Below, piece after piece: positions 1-7,965 of a stretch of 18,881 nt of DNA. The position numbers and the translations under genes are program-made. The DNA lies in assembly GCA_050125095.1 (NCBI GenBank), contig JASFEA010000059.1, positions 1 to 18,881 of the forward strand. The letters are read 5' to 3'. The notes below the pieces were generated by a model. That model had not been told where the DNA came from. It ran no database searches and saw nothing but the letters and a program-made list of their open reading frames with translations. Within the stretch, counting starts at the first letter, position 1. Each line of letters starts with the position of its first letter. Origin of the DNA: a bacterium. Lineage in GTDB: Bacteria > Arandabacterota > Arandabacteria > Arandabacterales > JALGWA01.

Positions 1-2
1 TG

Positions 3-1343
3 TCGGACCACGGTTTCAAATCGGGCGCGATGAGGCCGCTCACGGACTCGCGAATCGGCCACGGCCAGGCCATAGAGTGGCACAGAATAATCGGTTCGAT
101 AGCGTTCTACGGTCCGGAAGTCAAGCGCGGATACAGGATAGAGGACGCCACCGTGATGGACGTCGCGCCCACCATTCTCTATACGCTGGGCCTGCCGGTC
201 GACAGGAAGATGGACGGCAAGGTGCTCAAGGACGCGTTCCGTGACGAGTGGGTCGCCTCGCATGAGGTTGCTTACACGACACTCTACGACTCGGTTTTCG
301 TGCAGGGCGATCCCACCGTGAGCGGCGGCGAGAGCGAGGCTCTCAAGCAGAAGCTGGTCTCATTGGGATACGTCTCGGGCGGAGAGAGCTCGACCATAAA
401 CCTGGCGAGCTTCTACCACAAGAATCGCAGGTTCCGGGAGGCCATAGGGGTATGGCATCAGGTCATAGAGAAGGAGCCCGACAACCTGGGCGCCAGAATC
501 GGGCTGGCCAATGCCTACTTCGAAGTGGGGCGGGAAGACAGCGCCGTATTGTGCTTGAACCAGGTGCTGGACGCGGAGCCCGATAACCATCGCGCGATAT
601 TGAGTCTTGCCACCATTTACGTCAAGACGGGCAGGGGAGCGGACGCCCTCGAGATGGCCGACCGCGCCGTTGAAGTTGAGCCCGACGACGGCGAATCGCA
701 TTTCCACAGGGCGCTGGCGCTCGAAATCCTGGGGCGGACCGACGAGGCAGTAAGGGAGTACAGGGAAGCCGTGAGATTCGCCCCCGACCACGCCGAGGCC
801 CAGGCCAACCTGGTGCAGATATACCTGGCATACGGCAGGAAGCAGGAGGCGCTTGCAGCGGCCGAGAAGGCCATGGGGCTCGCGTCCGGCCAGCCCGAGA
901 TGCATTACGTCTACGGGCAGGCCCTCGAAGCGGACGGCCAGGTCGACGAAGCGTTGCACCAGTACCGCCTCGCCGCCGGGCTCGACAGCGCTTTCACGCC
1001 TGCCTATATCGGGGCCGGCTCGATCCTGCTCCGCCGGGGGAAAGCCGACAGCGTCATCGTTATCACCGACCTCGCACTGCGCGGCGCTTCACGGTACGGC
1101 GAATACCTCTACGCTCTCAGGGGCAGCGCGCTCCTCGACAAAGGCAGGGCGGCAGAAGCAGAAGAGGCTTTTCGGCGGGCGCTCGAATTCAACAGCGGCT
1201 ACACTCCCGCGCGAATGAGCCTCGTGCGGCTTTACCTCAGCCAGGGCAAGAACGCGGACGCGCGTCGCGAACTCGAGATCATCCTCACGCTCGATCCCAC
1301 CAATGCCGAAGCGCGCGATCTCATGAATCGCGTAAGCCGGTAA
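3..1343 (+). CDS. 5'-truncated alkaline-phosphatase-superfamily (phosphodiesterase/sulfatase-like) protein fused to C-terminal TPR repeats
   Basis: The frame is open from base 3 (tcg gac cac ggt ttc = SDHGF, an AlkP-superfamily metal motif), so the ATG at 30 is internal. It continues with DVAPTILYTLGLPV..MDGKVL and LVSLGYV (typical AlkP/sulfatase C-terminus), followed by many TPR-like repeats. Stop TAA at 1341-1343. Confidence 0.85.
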   Translation, partial: SDHGFKSGAMRPLTDSRIGHGQAIEWHRIIGSIAFYGPEVKRGYRIEDATVMDVAPTILYTLGLPVDRKMDGKVLKDAFRDEWVASHEVAYTTLYDSVFVQGDPTVSGGESEALKQKLVSLGYVSGGESSTINLASFYHKNRRFREAIGVWHQVIEKEPDNLGARIGLANAYFEVGREDSAVLCLNQVLDAEPDNHRAILSLATIYVKTGRGADALEMADRAVEVEPDDGESHFHRALALEILGRTDEAVREYREAVRFAPDHAEAQANLVQIYLAYGRKQEALAAAEKAMGLASGQPEMHYVYGQALEADGQVDEALHQYRLAAGLDSAFTPAYIGAGSILLRRGKADSVIVITDLALRGASRYGEYLYALRGSALLDKGRAAEAEEAFRRALEFNSGYTPARMSLVRLYLSQGKNADARRELEIILTLDPTNAEARDLMNRVSR

Positions 1344-1360
1344 AAACCGTCAAAAAGAGC

Positions 1361-1387
1361 TAAGGCACACGACACTTCTGCCGAATC
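1361..1387 (+). promoter_or_regulatory. putative sigma28-family (FliA/SigD/WhiG-like) promoter TAAG-N15-GCCGAATC
   Basis: Resembles TAAA-N15-GCCGATAA with exact spacing. It lies about 35 nt upstream of the 1424 ORF and ahead of its RBS. Confidence 0.4.
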
Positions 1388-1423
1388 CTATCATAGGCGC
1401 GGCTCACACTTGGAGGTGTAAGA

Positions 1424-1678
1424 ATGAAGAGACGCACCACGCGCAAGACGACGCGCAAGCAGTATAGTCCCAAGGATTACTTCAAGCCTTTCTACAAAGG
1501 CCAGTGGCAGGGCATGTACACGTTCTGGTCAAGCCCGACCATGTGGAATGACCAGATCGTCCACAAGACCCTGAGAGAAGTTGGCGGGAAGCCCTACACA
1601 TCCAAAGACGTGCGTTCAATCATCAAGGGTTACTGCAAGGTGATGAAGCAGTACTGGAAGAAGTCGAAGACTTGGTAG
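1424..1678 (+). CDS. small, highly basic, aromatic-rich hypothetical protein (84 aa)
   Basis: Strong RBS GGAGGTG at 1411-1417, ATG start, C/G-ending codon bias, and a downstream hairpin terminator. Fills an otherwise empty intergenic space. Confidence 0.85.
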   Translation: MKRRTTRKTTRKQYSPKDYFKPFYKGQWQGMYTFWSSPTMWNDQIVHKTLREVGGKPYTSKDVRSIIKGYCKVMKQYWKKSKTW

Positions 1679-1726
1679 TTTAGGTCTTAGTTCCGACGAA
1701 CTACTGAGCCGCAGCCGAGAAAAGTG

Positions 1727-1758
1727 GGGGCCGGCGCTGAGCGCTGGCCCCTTTGCTT
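1727..1758 (+). terminator. intrinsic terminator after the small basic protein gene
   Basis: Stem GGGGCCGGCGC / GCGCTGGCCCC (1727-1751) followed by TTTGCTT and preceded by AAAAG. Confidence 0.65.
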
Positions 1759-1802
1759 CTGAGTGGACGACCTCAAGCGAGACGGGGGAGATCGGTAAGA
1801 CT

Positions 1803-2273
1803 ATGGGACGTGACGGAAAAGCCGGAATCAGGATAGTGAGATCGGGTGTCTCCGTATATGAAGTCGAAGTTGACCTGGGCAGATATTCCTCCGTCATGAC
1901 CACCGACATAAAGGGATTCTCAAAGAAGCTCCTGAAATTGCTTCCGACCCTCAGGAACCACGAGTGCTTCGCCGGCGAGAGCGGCGGATTCGTTGAGGAG
2001 ATGGAAGAGGGTACGGATCTTGCTCACGTTATGGAACATGTGACACTGGAGCTCTTGAGGCTGGCAAACGGATCCCGCCGCCAGTACAGCGGTTGGACCA
2101 GGAAAGCCAGGCGCAAGGGGATACACGTAATCCATTTCCAGGCTCCCAGCGGCGCTGACGCGAAGCGCGCTTCGCAATGCGCGGCTCGCACAATTCAAGA
2201 CATAATCGAAGGGAAGCCTGTGACGAAGAGCGCCATCCTCAAGGAAATCAGGGATGGCAAAGGGGGTAAGTGA
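1803..2273 (+). CDS. stand-alone cyanophycin synthetase N-terminal-domain-like protein (putative HxxEH zinc peptidase)
   Basis: LPTLRNHEC..GGF..GTDLAHVMEHVTLEL..GWTR matches the CphA N domain pattern. C55-x19-H75-x-x-E78-H79 is intact. No ATP-grasp or Mur-ligase domains are present. Confidence 0.85.
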   Translation: MGRDGKAGIRIVRSGVSVYEVEVDLGRYSSVMTTDIKGFSKKLLKLLPTLRNHECFAGESGGFVEEMEEGTDLAHVMEHVTLELLRLANGSRRQYSGWTRKARRKGIHVIHFQAPSGADAKRASQCAARTIQDIIEGKPVTKSAILKEIRDGKGGK

Positions 2274-2722
2274 TGGAAATCAAAGCGCTGTTCCTGGGCT
2301 TTTCCAAGCGCAGAGTGAAGAGCCTGGTCGACTCGATCGAGAAGGGGGCGCAGGTTTCGGTGGAGGCCGTGAGCCGCAGGGAAGTCGCCGGGGAGAAGGA
2401 AGCCCTCTGCGGCGACTATGACATCTTATTTCTCGACCGGAAGCTGGGTGAGCGCAAGCTGGGAAGTCTGCTGACGCGGGCCAGGCGCGAGTGCGAGGCC
2501 ACGCCTGCCGTGCTCGTCTATGAGAATGAACCGGACGGCAGCGCCTTCGCCATCGCCTCTGAACACGACTGCCTTCTCTACAGTGAAAACGACAGGCTCA
2601 AGAGGGGCTTGACGCCGGATGAGATCGGGGACGCCATCGTGGCGGAGGTGTACCGCCCCGGCATAAACAAGCGCCTTATGGAGGTGTCGCTCTCGAGCGG
2701 TCCCTGCTCTACGGGCAGGTAA
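2270..2722 (+). CDS. atypical (pseudo) response-regulator receiver-like protein
   Basis: Overlaps the upstream stop (GTGATG at 2270-2275) with RBS-like AGGGGGT. Receiver-like YDILFLD and TPAVLV strands are present, but the N-terminal acidic pair and the conserved Lys are missing. Confidence 0.6.
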   Translation: MMEIKALFLGFSKRRVKSLVDSIEKGAQVSVEAVSRREVAGEKEALCGDYDILFLDRKLGERKLGSLLTRARRECEATPAVLVYENEPDGSAFAIASEHDCLLYSENDRLKRGLTPDEIGDAIVAEVYRPGINKRLMEVSLSSGPCSTGR

Positions 2723-2759
2723 GACAGCTCCGGGTCCGGCGCTGCAGTGAAGGGTGGGT

Positions 2760-4601
2760 CTATTCGACCCTCGCCTCGATGTATCCTATTAGGGTCTGCT
2801 TCTCATATATCATGTCTTCGCCGCGCATCGCCATCTCCACATATCGATCGAGATAGGACGGGCTCACTTCCGCGCCTTCGAATACGCGCGCGGCTCCCCT
2901 GTAGGCGGCCGCGTAATAGGGATCGCGCTCCAGGGCCTCAAGATAGTAAGTGACTGCCGCGACCGCGTCGCCCCCTGCCTCCTCCATGGCGCCCAGCTGA
3001 TACTGCGCGCCGGCGTTCCCGGGCTCCACGCTTATGGCCAGATATGAGAGCTGGCGGGCCCTGTCGTAATTCCCGTCCAGGCGCTCCACGTATGCTTTGT
3101 TCACTATGATGGACGGGAATTCGTATCCGGCCAGCCCGAAAAAGTCCACATTGGAGACCGCCGCGCCCGCTATTACGAGGAGCAGGGCCGGGGCCGCTCC
3201 CCGGGACCTGCCCGCCAGGCCGCGCCCGAGCGTGAATGCGCCCGTCACGGCGAGAGGCAGCAGGAACGCGATTCCCGGAAGCCGGAAGCGTTCGCATACG
3301 AAGAAGGCCATGCAGACGGCGGTGAAAACTAGGAAGCCCCAGACAGGCAGCGTACGGTCGCCCCTCTTCATGAGCGCCGCCGCAATGCCGACAAGCGCGA
3401 GCGGGAACACAATGCCGAAATGCAGCCGGGGGAGGAACAGCCGCCTCCACGCCGCCCTCCGCTCCGAGATGTCGGCGTTGTTGTCAATCTCGTACCTTGA
3501 CAGCGAGAGCAGGGCCTTCTCACGCATGAGGTCGAGCCAGCCGGCCGTGTCGCTTTTTATGTATTCATACGCGTGCCCCGCGAAGAACTCAGACCGCCGC
3601 GCGCCGCCGAGCCTCAGCCGGTCGGCCTCCTGCCTGACGCTGTCGTTTTCGCCGAGGCGGAAGGGGTCCATTCCATCACTTGCGGGATTGTTTCCTATGA
3701 AGAGGTTGACGCCGAAACTCGTTGTGACGAGAACACGGTCGCCGCTCGCAATGAAGTTATGCGTCAGACTCGCGGCCAGGGGTATGAAAACCGCGAGCAG
3801 GAACATACCCGTCCCCGCGAGCCTGCGGTTGCGGTCCCTGAGCAGCATGACAACCAGGGGAAGACCGAAGAGAAGCGCCGCTCCCCACACCAGCGCGGCG
3901 GTTCCCAGGAAGAGCCCGCTCCCCACGGTATTGGCGTACTCCCTGAGCCTGCGGCTCGCCAGCGCAGCCGCAACGAGCAGTCCCGCCCCGGCTGTGAATA
4001 TGACGGCGAGGAGAAGAGCGGCCGTATAAGCGCCGCCCCCGCCGGGGTTGGCGATGCCGGGGAGGCCGCGCATGATATAGAGCGCCGCCGCGAGCAGAGT
4101 GCCTCCTATGAGAGCTGCCGTTCGCGGCCTCTCGTCCCTGTAAAGGAAAAGCAATGCGGCCAGAAGAATGAACGTGACCACGAGCGTCGCCGGAACCATC
4201 TCGCCGGCGAAATAGTAAAAACTCCAGTAAAACGCCATCGCGAATGAAGTGATAAGGGCGGCGACGTCGCCGGCCAGCCTGCGCGTCGCAAGTCCGATTA
4301 GAAGGACGTTAAGCGCCAGCAGGACTCCCTGGGCGTAAGGGACGATGAGGTGATCCGGCCGGGCCAGCTTGTAGAGGAGGGCTACGAAACCCGGGTAAAG
4401 CGGGCTCATGAGAAAGGCCCTGCCGTATGGCTGGCCGGAGAGAATCTGCCGGGCCTCCATGTCGTAAACCAGGGGGTTGGCTACGAGATGCCTCGCGAAC
4501 GGCTCCTGTGCGATCTGGAGGAAGTAGAGTATGGAGAGCGAGAGGGCAAGAAGGGGGGGCAATAAGAATAGCCATGTTTGAATGCTCCTCGCCTTTTCCA
4601 A
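2760..4601 (-). CDS. GT-C fold membrane glycosyltransferase (family 39, ArnT/PMT-like) with C-terminal TPR
   Basis: Many TM segments. Contains the motifs PLYPGF, GVNLFIGNNP.SDG and FFVCERFRLP, plus C-terminal TPR-like helices. TTG start with GGAGG RBS at 4608-4612 on the minus strand. Confidence 0.8.
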   Translation of the reverse strand: MEKARSIQTWLFLLPPLLALSLSILYFLQIAQEPFARHLVANPLVYDMEARQILSGQPYGRAFLMSPLYPGFVALLYKLARPDHLIVPYAQGVLLALNVLLIGLATRRLAGDVAALITSFAMAFYWSFYYFAGEMVPATLVVTFILLAALLFLYRDERPRTAALIGGTLLAAALYIMRGLPGIANPGGGGAYTAALLLAVIFTAGAGLLVAAALASRRLREYANTVGSGLFLGTAALVWGAALLFGLPLVVMLLRDRNRRLAGTGMFLLAVFIPLAASLTHNFIASGDRVLVTTSFGVNLFIGNNPASDGMDPFRLGENDSVRQEADRLRLGGARRSEFFAGHAYEYIKSDTAGWLDLMREKALLSLSRYEIDNNADISERRAAWRRLFLPRLHFGIVFPLALVGIAAALMKRGDRTLPVWGFLVFTAVCMAFFVCERFRLPGIAFLLPLAVTGAFTLGRGLAGRSRGAAPALLLVIAGAAVSNVDFFGLAGYEFPSIIVNKAYVERLDGNYDRARQLSYLAISVEPGNAGAQYQLGAMEEAGGDAVAAVTYYLEALERDPYYAAAYRGAARVFEGAEVSPSYLDRYVEMAMRGEDMIYEKQTLIGYIEARVE

Positions 4602-4627
4602 TACGCGCCTCCGATTCCCGTGGGGGG

Positions 4628-4656
4628 AGCTTAACAGAAGCCCGGGCGGACGTCAA
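4628..4656 (-). promoter_or_regulatory. sigma70-type promoter for the glycosyltransferase gene
   Basis: The minus strand reads TTGACG-N17-TAAGCT with an extended TG, just upstream of the RBS. Confidence 0.55.
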
Positions 4657-4672
4657 TTCCGGCAAGCCATGC

Positions 4673-4700
4673 TTGACAGCGAGCCGGGCCGAATTATAAT
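4673..4700 (+). promoter_or_regulatory. consensus sigma70 promoter of the glmM-glmS operon
   Basis: TTGACA (4673-4678)-N16-TATAAT (4695-4700). Confidence 0.8.
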
Positions 4701-4743
4701 GCAGAGGGGCGGATCGCATTCATTTGTCTGTATCGGGGGTTGA

Positions 4744-6105
4744 GTGGCTGATAAGGAATTGATGGTAGGCGTATCGGGCATAAGGGGGATAGTATTCGAT
4801 CCCCTGAGCACCGAGGTGGCCTCGCAGTATGCCGCGGCTCTCGCGACCCTGCTCGGGGTCGGAGTCTACGTGGTGGGCCGGGACACAAGGCCGTCCGGCG
4901 ACGTCTTGAGCCCGTCGGTGGCGGCCGCCCTGGCGAGCTGCGGCTGCGACGTAATCGACGTGGGGGTGGCCCCGACTCCCACCATACAGCTCGCCGTCGA
5001 GCATCACCGGGCGCAGGGCGGCATAGCTATAACGGCGAGCCATAACCCGGCCGAGTGGAACGCCCTCAAGCTTATCTCAGGCGGCGGCACCTTTCTCGTG
5101 CGCGAGCAGGTCGAAGTCATTAAGACCATTGTCACGGAGGGGGGATTCGCCTACGGCCAGGGTGACAAGACGGGAAGAATCTCAGACGACGATGGAGCCA
5201 TAGGGCGTCATATAGACGGCATAATCGAACTCGAATTCATTGACGCCGGGCTCATAGCCGGGGCGGGATTCAAGGTGGCGGTCGACTGCATAAACGGCGC
5301 CGGAAGCGACGCCATCCCGCTTCTTCTGGACCGGCTGGGATGCGAAGTCGTGACGCTCGACTGCGAGGGGAACGGGGATTTCAGGCGGAATCCGGAACCC
5401 GTGAGCGCCAACCTGGAGGGCCTGTGCGACGTCGTCAAGAAGTCGCGGGCGGACATCGGGTTCGCGGTAGACCCCGACGCCGACCGGCTCTCCATAGTGG
5501 ACGAGGAGGGCAGGGCCATCGGTGAGGAATACACTATCGCCCTGTGCTCAGACATCGTTCTTTCCAAGACCGGGGGCCGGGGGCCCGTGGTGGTGAACCT
5601 CTCCACGTCCAGGGCGGTTGGCGACGTGGCCGCCAGGCACGGCGCGGAACTCGCGCGCGCGCCCATAGGCGAAATAAACGTGGCCATGAAGATGAAGGAG
5701 ACCGGCAGCCCCATAGGCGGCGAGGGGAACGGCGGCGTAATATTGCCGGCGCTTCACTACGGCCGCGACTCCATGGTGGGGATCGCGCTGGTCCTGGAGC
5801 TGCTGGCCGAGAGGAAAGAAAACCTGTCAGAGGTGATGACTCAGCTGCCGCGGTATGTTATAGTTAAGACCAAAGCCCCTCTAAACGACATCGCAGACAT
5901 TGGCTCCCTGAGATCGCGCCTTTATGCGGAGTTCGAAGGCGCAACCGTTAACGACGACGACGGGCTGAGATTCGACCTCACCCATGGCTGGGTGCATATA
6001 CGCAAGTCGGGAACCGAGCCGGTCGTGCGTATTATCGCGGAGGCGGGGGACGAGGCGGCGGCGCAGGCGCTTATCGACCGGTGCAGGCGGGCCATGAGCA
6101 GTTAG
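4744..6105 (+). CDS. glmM: phosphoglucosamine mutase (alpha-D-phosphohexomutase family)
   Basis: Motifs SGIRG, TASHNP (phospho-Ser), DPDADR (metal loop), GEGNGG and RKSGTEP. Directly upstream of glmS. Confidence 0.85.
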   Translation: MADKELMVGVSGIRGIVFDPLSTEVASQYAAALATLLGVGVYVVGRDTRPSGDVLSPSVAAALASCGCDVIDVGVAPTPTIQLAVEHHRAQGGIAITASHNPAEWNALKLISGGGTFLVREQVEVIKTIVTEGGFAYGQGDKTGRISDDDGAIGRHIDGIIELEFIDAGLIAGAGFKVAVDCINGAGSDAIPLLLDRLGCEVVTLDCEGNGDFRRNPEPVSANLEGLCDVVKKSRADIGFAVDPDADRLSIVDEEGRAIGEEYTIALCSDIVLSKTGGRGPVVVNLSTSRAVGDVAARHGAELARAPIGEINVAMKMKETGSPIGGEGNGGVILPALHYGRDSMVGIALVLELLAERKENLSEVMTQLPRYVIVKTKAPLNDIADIGSLRSRLYAEFEGATVNDDDGLRFDLTHGWVHIRKSGTEPVVRIIAEAGDEAAAQALIDRCRRAMSS

Positions 6106-6118
6106 AGAGGAGAGACCT

Positions 6119-7951
<1,833 letters not shown>

Positions 7952-7965
7952 AGACCTAAGACAAC

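Noticed and set aside
1803-2273. Calling this gene cphA (cyanophycin synthetase) or a cphA pseudogene
   Set aside because: It covers only the N domain, ends cleanly with a coupled downstream gene, and no ATP-grasp or Mur-ligase remnants are visible nearby.
6106-6118. glmS ribozyme
   Set aside because: Only 13 nt separate glmM and glmS, and the glmM leader is also too short to hold one.
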